Assembly: GCA_000934665.2 (NCBI GenBank)
Contig: JYFJ02004050.1
Span: 1 to 56,219, forward strand
Reading direction: 5' to 3'
From: Catajapyx aquilonaris
Lineage: Eukaryota
DNA length: 56,219 nucleotides
The notes beneath the pieces were generated by a model that did no database searches, was not told the origin of the DNA, and saw nothing but the letters and a program-made list of their open reading frames with translations. A program made the position numbers and the translations under genes. Shown here in pieces: positions 1-11,669 of this stretch (its first letter is position 1; every line of letters begins with the position of its first letter).

Positions 1-430
1 TGTAGCTTATATCAAAGCAGCTAAAATTATCAGCCAATATAAATATAGCCAAATTATTTAGCTATATTTATTAGCTAAATTATTTAGCTATATTTATATT
101 AGCTAAATTTATATCAGCTGATAATTTTAGCTGCTGTGATATAAGCTACAGTACTTTATTTAGCTATATTGATGTTAGTTAATATATAGCTTCCTTGATA
201 TTAGCTATATTGATATTAGTTAATATATAGCTACCTTGATATTAGCTATATTGATATTAGTTAATATATAGCTTCCTTGATATTAGCTATATTGATATTA
301 GTTCACATATAGCTTCCTTGATATTAGCTATATTGATATTAGTTAATATATAGCTACCTTGATATTAGCTACTTTGTTCAGCTATTTATGTCAGCTGTTA
401 ATATTAGCTATTTTAGCTATAATTTAAGTT
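1..430. repeat. AT-rich foldback (1-45 vs 105-150) followed by about 5 copies of a 41-bp tandem repeat; presumably within the last intron of Lcn1
   Basis: TGTAGCTTATATCA..GCAGCTAAAATTATCAGC is inverted at 116-150; unit GATATTAGCTATATTGATATTAGTTAATATATAGCTTCCTT repeats over about 160-370. Confidence 0.85.
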
Positions 431-557
431 TTACGGCCTTTTAATTTCATTGAATTTTTTAAATATCAACTGTTGATTTTATCAACTCGATCTATTCCCT
501 CCCGCGTACCCGGTATCTGACCCCATCTGTATGTTACACGGTCGTGTCCTCTTCCAG

Positions 558-778
558 GTGTGTACGACTACACCGTGTTGGAGACGGACTACAAGAACTG
601 GGCCCTGGTGTCCGCCTGCTCAGAGGCTGAGGACCAGCAGGCATACCAGTACGTGATGATCCTGTCCAAGCACAACGAGATGTCGGTGGACAAGGAGCTG
701 GAGCTGAAACACAAGCTGAGGACCAAGGGTCTGTACATCGGGAGGATGAAGCAGGTCGATCACACACACTGTCACTAA
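558..778 (+). CDS. Lcn1: last exon of an ApoD-like lipocalin (earlier exons lie upstream of the window)
   Basis: Acceptor cttccag at 551-557; VLETDYKNWALVSAC (SCR2), ILSK (SCR3), C-terminal Cys; TAA 776-778; AATAAA 904-909. Confidence 0.88.
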
Positions 779-1197
779 TAAATTATTAAGCGCGATCGAC
801 TCAACTCTCGTCATCACGCTTAATATTGCCCCCCCTACTCATCACTCAAGCATTTATGCGGTTTCAGAGTTTGCAACCTTTTTTTTGTGTGTGCACTTGG
901 ACCAATAAAACTCTGTTCGACTCTAGACCCCGGTTTCTTATCCCTCATCCAATTACAGCGATGGAAAGTTGGGCAACAATCTAATTACTCTAATTAGTAG
1001 AAAAGCTGCGTGCAATGCATGCTCGTGACTGGCATTACGCAACAATTGTAATTTTTGGCTGCACAATGCTTGATCCTATTCGTCGCAATTTTTCTGCATA
1101 AACGAATCTGTAATTTGCTAATTGCTCGTGTGAACTCACGGAATGAGCCAATTGCATAAATAGCAGTAGTGACTTGCAACTAAGTCACTCTTACAAA

Positions 1198-1844
1198 ATG
1201 TTGTTCTTCAGGCGAATCTTGCCGTTCGTGGTGACAATAGTCGCGGTATGGGCCGGATGCAACGCTCCTCAGAAGGAGTTCGACATTGTCAAGGTAAGTG
1301 TCACCGAAAGTGTCACTTAACAATTCAGTGATATATTTTTGGGGTGGTCAGTTCTTAGGCCCATGGACCATCCACTCTTTTCGAGCACCAGACGGAGCAG
1401 AGCCGCCCTTAAGATGTATAAAGGTCGACTTTGCCCCTAAGGGTTTCAACCAGTACCATGCCAATCTGACCGGTAACCTACTGTTGGACGGTAGCTTCTA
1501 CACTGACGACGGACCAATGACGGTGGACGACCCGGAACATCCAGCGAGAATCAACATCACCTGGAAAGGACGTGAGTAAAGTATAGCTTCATGCGTGAAG
1601 ACATGACCTCTGACTTCTCTGTACAGGTAATTACTTCATGACCATCCTGGAGTCTGATTACGACAACTACGCGGTGGTCAACGGTTGTGCTGAAGACGAT
1701 GGGTTCAACCTGGCCAGTTATTCCAGCATATTCACACGATACCCGGATTTTCCGGACGACAAGGTCAAGCGGGTCAAGAAGTCGTTGGAGGACATTGGAA
1801 TAGACACGTCCCTTCTGTTCAAAGTGGACAATCGCGACTGCTAA
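1198..1844 (+). CDS. Lcn2: secreted lipocalin, about 177 aa; exons 1198-1293, 1352-1571, 1627-1844
   Basis: Signal peptide MLFFRRILPFVVTIVAVWAG-C; FLGPW, RC, ESDYDNY, IFTR, terminal C; GT-AG introns of 58 and 55 nt keep frame; CATAAATA 1155; AATAAA 1940. Confidence 0.92.
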
Positions 1845-2104
1845 ACGCGTCTTTACAACTCAACAATGTATCAGCCTAACCTCTAGTTAAATGGTGCTTG
1901 TATAACAACAGTGCTGAATATACTGTGTAGAGAAGGGTCAATAAAACGAGGGTCAGTGCTCTTGACCAGTTTTCGGAGTGGTCATTTCCCTCCCAATGAT
2001 GTCAACTAACCCAATATACCTGTTTTGGGACAGGGCAAAAACTGTTGGGTATAAAAAGGAGACGAGTTACACATCACCAGGTAGGCTACACAAAGACACT
2101 CAAC

Positions 2105-3038
2105 ATGAAGGTCCTGGTCCTGCTGGTGGTCACCGGGTTGATGCTGGTGGTCAGAGGTCATCGCATCCAGACCCAACCGGGATTCGAGGCAGCAAAGGTA
2201 AAATGGTCACTCTTAGGTCATTCAGTTTGGGGAATATGCCCATGCCCATTTGTTGCAACATGATAGGATGTAGGCTACAGTGTTTACACATTGTTAGAAT
2301 AAAACGTAATGGGTAGAATTTTCGTCCCACTGCTATAGCTACTGCTAACTTATATGTTAGCAGGGCCAATGTTGGGAATGGTTACTACTAAGTTAGCAGT
2401 AACTAGCAGTGGGACGAAAATTAGTTAATTTTTTAATAATGGGTCATTACTTCAGTCATTGGGCGTATGGTATGTGATCGACTTCTGTGGTCCTCCGGAG
2501 GAGTTGGAGCTACGTTGTTTCCAGTCCAACTTTAGTGCCATACCGGACACCAAGTATATCCAGGTGGTGTCCCAAGGGGTCAGGCCAGATGGTTCAATAA
2601 AGGTCATGGAGGGCAACGGGACAGCGACTGACCCGAATGACCAGGGACGAATGGAAGGGACGTATGATAACGGTAAGGTTTCTCTGGTCTAAAGTGGGTT
2701 AAAATCGATTAACCAAAAAAAAAAGGTTTTGCTTACGCGTAATCATTAGTAATTAATTACCAGTAATCATTGTGCTATGATTTTTAAATAAATTGAGTGT
2801 GATTTTTTTATATAAATTTCCAGAGCCCTTGGAGGTGATAGCGGTCAACTATGATTATGACACGTATTTAACGGCGGTGGCTTGCACCAAGGCTGGTAAG
2901 ATGAGCCGGGTTTACATCGTAAGTCGCACCAGACAACTGGAGGACCAAGTGCGACAAGACCTCAAGAAGAAGCTGCAGGAGCAGGAAGTTGACATATCCA
3001 GACTGGTTGCCATCGATCAGAGCAACTGTCAGGAATAA
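2105..3038 (+). CDS. Lcn3: secreted lipocalin, about 174 aa; exons 2105-2197, 2456-2672, 2824-3038
   Basis: TATAAAA 2050; signal MKVLVLLVVTGLMLVVRG; LGVWY, RC, YDYDTY, IVSR, terminal C; intron phases 0 and 1; AATAAA 3074. Confidence 0.92.
2317..2422. mobile_element. About 106-bp foldback/MITE-like element in Lcn3 intron 1
   Basis: AATTTTCGTCCCACTGCTA..ACTGCTAACTTA pairs with TAAGTTAGCAGT..TAGCAGTGGGACGAAAATT; absent from the paralogous intron at 4890-4940. Confidence 0.65.
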
Positions 3039-3656
3039 TCATGTTGTGTCATCTAAATTTATGTGCACGAGTAATAAAACAACATTTTGTGCAAATGTTT
3101 TGCAATCATTGAATTACAGCGATTATGCAACCGTCACGGCCACTTCGTTTGGTTAGTGCATGTTACTTACGTGACATATAATGAGGAGAGTAATTGCAGT
3201 CATATTCACTCAAGGTAAACTTCTGCAGGTTACGTGGGTTTTTCTCCTGTAATTACCAGTTGATATGACCTGTCAAAAATATTCGCTATTTGAGTAATAA
3301 ATGTAGTGATGTATATACACAAACATATGGCATTTATGCACGAATAAGTAGACCTAAAGTGTGATAAGTAATGTGTATTATTACTTAAAATGTAGCTCAC
3401 TGCACTCATTCCAATGGCATTGGAAACACGCGTCCTTGCCACTTGCGTCAGAAATAAAGTACACAATATGTCATTACGCGAGATAAAGAGTCATAAATCC
3501 TTTCTATTTAAAGACATCCATTGGGTGTCAAATCACTTTAGTAATTGCGTGTGTCTTCCGGGATATGCAATTTTTTGTACTTGACTTATGCAGGTACTGT
3601 GTAAGTGCAAAGACGTATACGTGGCTGAGAGTTTGATCGTCGCACATTTGGCAATA

Positions 3657-4314
3657 ATGAAGCTTGGATTGATCTTTCTGACCGTTTTGGTCGCAGCAGC
3701 ACGCGCGGAACCGTGCAGCATCGCGAAGTCAATTGAGGACCTGGACCTCATCAAGGTAAAGTCTCGTTATTGCCTGATTGTCACTGCGATATTAATGACT
3801 CCAGATCGATCCAGATGCTGGGCAAATGGAGCATCACAAACCTGAAGAGTCCCCACGAATTGGAGAGTAGCAGCCGATGTCTGGCGTTCAACCTATACGA
3901 GGACAGTGAAGGTAAACGGCTGTACGCAGACATGACCGGAAACAGCAATGCGGACTTCACCTTCACCGGACCCGCCGTACCCAGCTATGAACCAGGAGTA
4001 ATCACAATCCACTGGAAAGACAACGGTCAGTCCAACGTAGTACCTATGTGTCTGACCCTCGGCCGAATTAATTGTTTGACATTTTCATATTTGCAGAGGC
4101 CTACGATGTCAGGTTTGTCAAGACCGACTACGACCACTACGCTGTGACTGTCGGATGCAAGCCAGGAGACAAGATGGACGTACCATCGTACATCATGATC
4201 TTCTCACGTACAACTACAATGCCGGAAGACACAGTAGAAATGCTGAAGAAGCAGCTGACAGACATCGGAATCGACATCACTGGTCTGGGTGCGGTGGACC
4301 AAAAGGACTGCTAA
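3657..4314 (+). CDS. Lcn4: secreted lipocalin, about 175 aa; exons 3657-3755, 3815-4025, 4097-4314
   Basis: Signal MKLGLIFLTVLVAAARA-EPC; MLGKW, RC, KTDYDHY, VGC, IFSR, terminal C; intact splice sites; AATAAA about 4360. Confidence 0.92.
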
Positions 4315-4711
4315 AATATTCTGGTCACAAATGTATCATCAGCTGCAATGAGTTGACTCAATAAATCTTTTGCCTTGAAGTAAACTTTGAGCAAAAAAAA
4401 ATTAAACCCGAAACTTTTGGAGGTGGCTCCAACCCTCAAAATGCTCCTTATGGTGCGTGTAGATCACGTAAAAAAAATTAAAATAGTTTTTGGCTGGATG
4501 TGCACAATACTTTCAATAATCCGACATAATACTGTATAGAGAAGGGTCAATAAAACGAGGGCATTGCTCTTGACCAGTTTTCGGAGTGGTCATTTCCTTC
4601 CCAATGATGTCAACTAACCCAATATACCTGTTTTGGGACAAAACTGTTGGTACCGGTATAAAAAGGAGACGAGTTACACATCACCAGATAGGCTACACAG
4701 AAGTGCTCAAC

Positions 4712-5652
4712 ATGAAGGTCCTCCTGTTTCTGCTGGTGGTCACCGGGTTGATGCTGGTGGTCAGAGGTCATCGCATCCAGACCCAACCGGGATTCGAGGC
4801 AGCAAAGGTAAAATGGTCACTCTCAGATCATTCAGCCATAATTTGTTGCAACAAGGTTGCTTTATACTGTATACACATTGTTAGAATAAAACGTAATTAT
4901 ACGGTACTTTAATGAGCCCGGATAATTAGTGGAAATTTTTAAATAATGGGTCATTACTTCAGGAATTGGGCGTACGGTAGCCTATATACGAATCACATCA
5001 AGGTTAAGTTTCTTATTTACTTCATGTCACTTGCGATGAGTTCTCTCTGTGTTCGTGCGGATTTCCTCGGATTTCCTTCCTCCAATAGCTGCTGGGAAAA
5101 TGGAGCGTTATCAACACGAAGACTCCTTTCGAACTGGAGCGTACCATCCGATGTGTCGCGGTCAACTTTTTCTCGGACAAGGAAGGTGACCTGTTCGGAC
5201 ATATGACAGGAAATGACAGCAGAGTGGACTTCACAGGACTATTCACACCCAGCAAATACGAACCAGGAGTACTCATCCTCCGATGGAAAGACAACAGTCA
5301 GTCCAATATATATTATGATCATGGAATGTTTTAATGGACAATTATTATTCGCAGTGGATTTCGAAGCTTTGTCAAGACCGACTATGAACTACGCTAATGA
5401 ATTTTAATTACTATTAATTTTGATGTATATACAGTGGCCTACGATGTCAGGTTCGTCAAGACCGATTACGAAACCTACTCGGTGGCTGTCGGACACAAGG
5501 AAGGCGACAAGTTGGAAACCCCAACGTACATCATGATCTTCTCACGTACAACTACCCTACCGGACGACACGGTAGAGATGCTGAAGAAGGAGCTGACAGA
5601 CATCGGAGTCGACATCACCGGCCTGGTTGAACTGGACCAAAAGGACTGCTGA
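4712..5652 (+). CDS. Lcn5: chimeric lipocalin, about 173 aa if spliced 4712-4807, 5089-5296, 5435-5652 (could instead be a pseudogene)
   Basis: Promoter and exon 1 copy Lcn3; exon 2 (LLGKWSVINTKTPFE) is near-identical to Lcn6; exon 3 is Lcn4/7-like. The frame stays open only if remnant acceptors at 4962 and 5354 are skipped. Confidence 0.65.
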
Positions 5653-5956
5653 AATATTCTGGTCACAAATGTATCATCAGCTCCAACGAGTCGAATCAAT
5701 AAATCTTTTGTCGGCAGAACATGGTCAATTACTGAAGTACTCAGGTTACATGAAATAATTTTTTGCTGTGACTCATACATTTTAATGCAGCTAGCTAGTT
5801 CTGCAACTAATCACACGCCTGTCACTCTCTACGCGTTTCCTCGCCTGTTAGCGAACCAGATGACGCAATTAATGTTATATTACATAAGTGCGGATAAGAG
5901 TAAAAGTTATATAAAGTGATTAGAGTTTGATCTTCGCACTTTTGCACCTGGTAAGA

Positions 5957-6631
5957 ATGGATTTGAAGCATTATATTATCTTTCTGGCCGTTTTGGTCGC
6001 ATCCGCAAGTGCGGAGTCGTGCAGCCTCGCAAAGCCAATGAAGAATTTGAATCACATTAAGGTAAGTCACTTATTTATGTCACTGCGATGAGTTCTCTCT
6101 GTGTTCGTGCGGAATTCCTCGGATTTCCTTCCGCCAATAGCTGCTGGGCAAATGGAGCGTTATCAACACGAAGACTCCTTTCGAACTGGAGCGTACCAGT
6201 CGATGTGTCGCTGTCACCTTTTTATCGGACAAGGAACTTGACCTATTCGCAGATATGACAGGAAATGACAGCAGAGTGGACTTCACTGGACAGTTCACAC
6301 CCAGCAAGCATGAACCAGGAGTACTCACTCTCCGATGGAAAGAGAACAGTCAGTCCAATTATAATATGATAATCTATATAATTGAAATTATTTTAACATT
6401 GGCATATTCGTAGTGGATGTCGAAGCCAGATTTGTCAAGGCCGACTATGACGACTATGCGTTGGCTGTCGGTTGTCAGCTAGGAGACAAGAGGAACATAC
6501 CGACGTACATCATGATCTTCTCACGTACCACTACAATGCCTGACCACACACTCCGGATGCTGAAGAAGACGCTGACCAACATCGGAATCGACATCACTGG
6601 TCTGGCTGCAGTGGACCAAAACGGCTGCTAA
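5957..6631 (+). CDS. Lcn6: secreted lipocalin, about 176 aa; exons 5957-6061, 6141-6348, 6414-6631
   Basis: TATATAAA 5908; MDLKHYIIFLAVLVASASA-ESC; LLGKW, RC, KADYDDY, VGC, IFSR, terminal C. Confidence 0.9.
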
Positions 6632-7132
6632 AATACTCGGGTCTCGGATGAAGGAAAAAAAAAACATAATTAACACCGTATTTGTCGTAATTTTCATTCT
6701 GCACATTGGATAAGCAATTGCTGGCCAAATGCGTAATAATATTTGTTCCGAACTGAAAAATTATAACAATGATTATACTCTCATTGCAATTTCCTCAACC
6801 CGATACGAATATGTTGACGCTCTGGCACAAACTCTGTCATTAGCTGCAATTAGTTGAGTCAATAAATATTTAGCCTGCAGAGCCTTGTCATTTACTACTG
6901 ACTATAAAGCCGGGAATGATGTGCAGAGCATGTCCCCATCATAATATGGCTTCCTTATGCCCAATTGACGAGAGGAGGACAAAACATGGCGTCCATAAAG
7001 CACACTTGTGACAGACGTATCCAATAAAAAACATCCTCAAGGGCCACTACGTCGATGGCCACCTTGGCACACTTCTGTATGTGACAGTGGGTATATAAAT
7101 GTGTGATCGTCGTACATTTCCATCTGAGAAAA

Positions 7133-8117
7133 ATGAAGCACCTGATCTGTCTGGCCGTTTTGGTCGCAGCAGCACGCGCGGAGTCGTGCAGCATCGCGAA
7201 GCCAATGAAGGACTTGGATCCCAGCAAGGTAAGTCTCATATTAGACTTCATGTCACTGCGATATTAAAGGACGTTCCTGTTCGATCCAGGCGCTGGGCAA
7301 ATGGAGAGTCATACACGGGAAGACACCGGACCGTTTGGAGCGTACCAGCCGATGTCTGGCGATACACATTTTCCCAGACGAAGACGGTAAACTGTTCTCA
7401 CATATGACCGGAAATGACAGCAACGTTGACTTCACCGGACCTGCCATACCCAACCAGTGTGAACCAGGGGTACTCACGATCCACTGGAAAGGCAATGGTC
7501 AGTCCAATATATATGTGTCTTAGTGGGAGCGGTACGCAAAAAAAACGCATTTGATGATAGAAGCAAGCCACTTTGCACACTTGTTCCTAACACCATAAGG
7601 TTCAATTTGACCCGCAGTACCCTCAACATTTCCCCGGAGGATTCAAAATGGCGACCATCTTTTCAAAATGGATGATCTCGGATGATCTTTACTACGCGAC
7701 GACGTGCCGGGCGCGTCCGAATACCTCGCCGTAGCAAAGCCACAATAACGTTCGTTAGCCTGCGGCGCCACAAAATGTACCGCAATTTTTGTGGAAGTAA
7801 GGAGCTAATTGACACTTCGTCGCGTAGGAAAGATCAGCCTAATATTAAGTATATGAACTTTATAATATTTTAATTGTTTGACATTTGAATATTTTGCAGT
7901 TGCCTACGATGTTAGGTTCGTCAAGACCGACTATGACAACTACGCTGTGGCCGTCGGATGCAAGCATGGAGACAAGCTGGATACCCCAACGTACATGATG
8001 ATCTTCTCACGTACAACTACCCTTCCAGATGATACAATCCGGATGCTGAAGAAGGAGCTGACAGACATCGGAATAGACATCACTGGTCTGGTTGAACTGG
8101 ACCAAAACGGCTGCTAA
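7133..8117 (+). CDS. Lcn7: secreted lipocalin, about 173 aa; exons 7133-7228, 7290-7497, 7900-8117
   Basis: TATATAAA 7092; MKHLICLAVLVAAARA-ESC; ALGKW, RC, KTDYDNY, IFSR; intron 2 enlarged to 402 nt. Confidence 0.92.
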
Positions 8118-8529
8118 AATATTCGGGTCTTTGCTTCAAAAAAAAATTAATGTTCACAACTCTGTTATATTTGCGGCAAATAAAATGGCAATAATGACAC
8201 TTCTTCTCATTACGATTCACACTTGGTGCAAACACTGGCACCAATCGTGTAATTAACTGCAATAAATAAAGGCCGTCATAAATTACTGGTTACACTGCTC
8301 AGAATATATCCATTACATTCCCCCCCCCCCCCGAAACTATCGCCGACTATTCAATGCCACCAGTTTATAACCAGGTAGTTCCGCAACTAATCACACGTCT
8401 GTCACTCGCGTTTCAGCATCGAACCATGACGCAAATGGTTCATTTATTTTCTTACACTATTTACATAAGAGCGGGTATATAAATGTGTGATAATTTGATC
8501 GCCGCTGCACTTTTACATCTGTGGCAAAC

Positions 8530-9158
8530 ATGAAGCACCTGATCTGTCTGGTAGTTTTGGTCGCAGCAGCACGCGTGGAGTCGTGCGGGATCGCAAAGCC
8601 AATGAAGGACATGGAACCCATCAAGGTATGTGCAATATAGTCTAACCTGCAGGACGGTCCCTATTTCAATACCTCACATATAGGCAATGGGCAGCTGGAG
8701 AATAACGCACATCAAGACGCCATTTGAGGACGAGCGTGCCGCCCGATGTCTTGCGGTCAACATGTACGCCAACTCTGATGGAAACCTGTTCACACACATG
8801 ACAGGAACCAACGACATCAACATACTAGCAGCAGTCATTCCTCAGGAGACAGGGATGCTCAAAGTCGAGTGGAGAGACGGTGGTAAGTACACCTAACCTA
8901 TATAATATCCACTGGCCTATAACCTATAAAATATTCGCAGTTGACTACTTCTTTGCGTTCACCAACACTGATTACGAGAACTACGCTATTGGTATCGCCT
9001 GCAAGTCTGGTGACACACCAGAGAGTCCATCGTACGTCATGTTCATGTCGCGTGAACCTCCCATGTCAGAGGACACTGTCCAGATGTTGAAGAAGGAAGT
9101 GACCAACATGGGTATCGACCTGACCGGAATGGTCGACCTAGATCAAAAGGACTGCTAA
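8530..9158 (+). CDS. Lcn8: secreted lipocalin, about 170 aa; exons 8530-8625, 8684-8882, 8941-9158
   Basis: TATATAAA 8476; signal peptide; AMGSW, RC, NTDYENY, FMSR, terminal C; two 58-nt introns. Confidence 0.92.
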
Positions 9159-10040
9159 TACGCCAAGAAAAAAAAACATCTAATTGCAGGGGAAAAAACT
9201 TGCAAGGTGAGATATTTACGTAATTGTTATCAGTTGAACATTACGCAAGTTTCCTGTTGTTGTTGTGAACCGTGTATGTGTACTTGAAAATAAAATGATG
9301 CGCTCCATAGGCCAACAAATCATTCATTCAACCTAATAGTAGGCTACTAGTTAACTCTATCAGCTGCCTCAGAATATGGCAGTACAATAACCTATTGGCA
9401 CGTGGCATCAATAAAATGAGCCCGAATTTATGCAGATTACATATCATTACAATCAATGACTGCTGTAAACCTGCTGAATTTCAAGGCCACCTGTCATCAC
9501 ATTTGGAGACCCAGCATGCATATGGGCCAGGTCTGGAACGGGTCCGATTCGCAAAAAAAATAAGTCACATTTATTCGCACTGAACATCGGGGTGAGATTT
9601 GCCAAAAGATTGCTAAATAAATCGCACATAATATACTAAAGATAGCTCAAACACGTCGCACCATCTAGTGCAGACAGGTCGCAAACGTGCAAATTGCGAA
9701 ATTTGACCTTGTTTGCATAATTGCTCAGTACCTCTGGAATTTTTCTCCCACAATTATTCTGCTGGCAAATTATTTAAAATGCCAATTTATATGCTCGACC
9801 TCATGAAAATATTCAGTAAATAATATTGCACATATGTAGCCCCCATATATTTTACGTTTTGAATGCAACAATGCAGCTTTTATTATTGTCGGGGACAATT
9901 ATTTTGACTTGAAGTGTACCCAAATTTCCAGATCAGTAAGTGACCCACATTTTGGAGAGTTGCCCTTAGAAAGTGAAGGTGTCCCCCTAAAAAAAAGTAA
10001 GCGAAGGTTGCCTGGTACACACTCACTTTTATTTCCAACA

Positions 10041-11203
10041 ATGCTTGGATATCAGCTGGCTGTGCTTTTCTTACTGGGAACTCTGGAAGGAATCCGGGCT
10101 GGATGCCCGGATTCTTCTCCGATGGAAGGATTCAAACCGGAAAAGGTGAGTCAACATGGATTTTTGGCAATGGCTTTGTGTGGTCAACAATGTGTTGGGT
10201 CAGTTTCTGGGCAGGTGGAACATTGTTGAGTGGGTGTGTCCGGATCCGGAGGAGCGTCAGTTCCACTGTGTCCACATGAACTTTGTCCTGGACACATCCG
10301 GTAAAGTGGCGGTCAATAGGACGGGTATCCGGGCCAGCGATGGGACGTCCCTAACCTACCACGGATACGCATACGGGGAGGCTGGAAATCCGGAAGCAAG
10401 ACTCAGCGTCGACTGGAACGGGAGTAAGTCCGTATCGGTCCTATTGCCAACACTTGTTTGACAAGTTGTCACCAAACAAAAGTGACCCAATTTCTCTCCA
10501 AAATGCATGTCAATCGAACTAGGCGTGACTTGGTCCCTATATCCGTTGACTCATCACCAAAGTGCGTGTAGTTAGCATAGCTACCACTAGGTGGCAGGAG
10601 TGTGTAGAGAGAATGCGCGCCATCTAGTAGTAGCTTACCGTACCAAGTCGAAAGCCAAGCACTGTTGCCAATTTTACTCTGAGCAGCGCTATCTATGTGA
10701 CAGATTTGGTACTACAGTTTCAACTCTTTCAACACATGTTGAACCATCACCAAAGTGCACCATAGTTGGTGGCAGCAGCATGCAGAGGGAGAGTGGTCGC
10801 CATCTAGTAGTAGCATATCGTACTAAGTCCAAGTGAGAGCCGGGCAGTGTTGCCATGTTTAGTGGGCGCCATCTATGTGAAGGTGTGGTACTAACAGTTT
10901 CATCACTTTTTCGCAGAGGAGTTTACTAAGAGGACCTTCACCGTGGTTGACTCCGACTACGAGACGTACGCTGTGGCCACCTGCTGCTCCGTACTGTCAG
11001 ACGGTACCGTGGACCTGTACGCGCACATCTTCGCCCGAGACACCGACATGCCTGAAGGGAAACGCAAGAAGCTGAGGAGACTCCTGCGCAAGAATGGGCT
11101 CGAATCGGCCACGTTCGCCCCCATTGTTCACGATTGTCACCAAAATCACCATCACCAATCTGAGCATGTCATACCCCTCGCAGGGGCAAATGCGGAGCTG
11201 TAG
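10041..11203 (+). CDS. Lcn9: lipocalin with C-terminal extension, about 203 aa; exons 10041-10145, 10204-10423, 10917-11203
   Basis: MLGYQLAVLFLLGTLEGIRA-GCP; FLGRW, HC, DSDYETY, IFAR; helix KRKKLRRLLRK; tail HDCHQNHHHQSEH...NAEL. Confidence 0.9.
10520..10900. mobile_element. Copy of an unclassified dispersed repeat in Lcn9 intron 2; related copies at about 41920-42120 and 53100-53330 in the opposite orientation
   Basis: Shared CGTTGACTCATCACCAA / TTGGTGATGAGTCAA and GCGCCATCT motifs; internally duplicated. Confidence 0.55.
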
Positions 11204-11669
11204 TGTTACGCAATTGGACACAAAATGAAGCAATCATTTCCAGAAAAATGAAAATTACCGGTAATGAAATTCACATAACGTAAATAATCAAGTGATGCAA
11301 CGAATGGCGTGTTTTATGGTTGCAATTACCCGGAATTACACACGAGGGAAATATATGAGTAAGTGTTCCCATATCAAAAACGTCAATGCCATGTGAAAAT
11401 TATTTTTTTTATAAAAATTATATCCTCTTCCTAGAAAAATGACTTGTGCATAAGCCTGCTTGCAATGCAATGTTGGCAAGTACCACATGCAATTATTATG
11501 GCTGTGTTGTGGCACCCTTACCCTCATCAGTATGAGTGGTGTGAAATTGTTACAATATTGATACAATAAAAATCTTTAAAATGCATTCTTCATGTACGTA
11601 AATATTCGTATATTGTTACAATACATATTGGATGCAATAGATTTGCAGGAAACAACATAACCGAACCGA

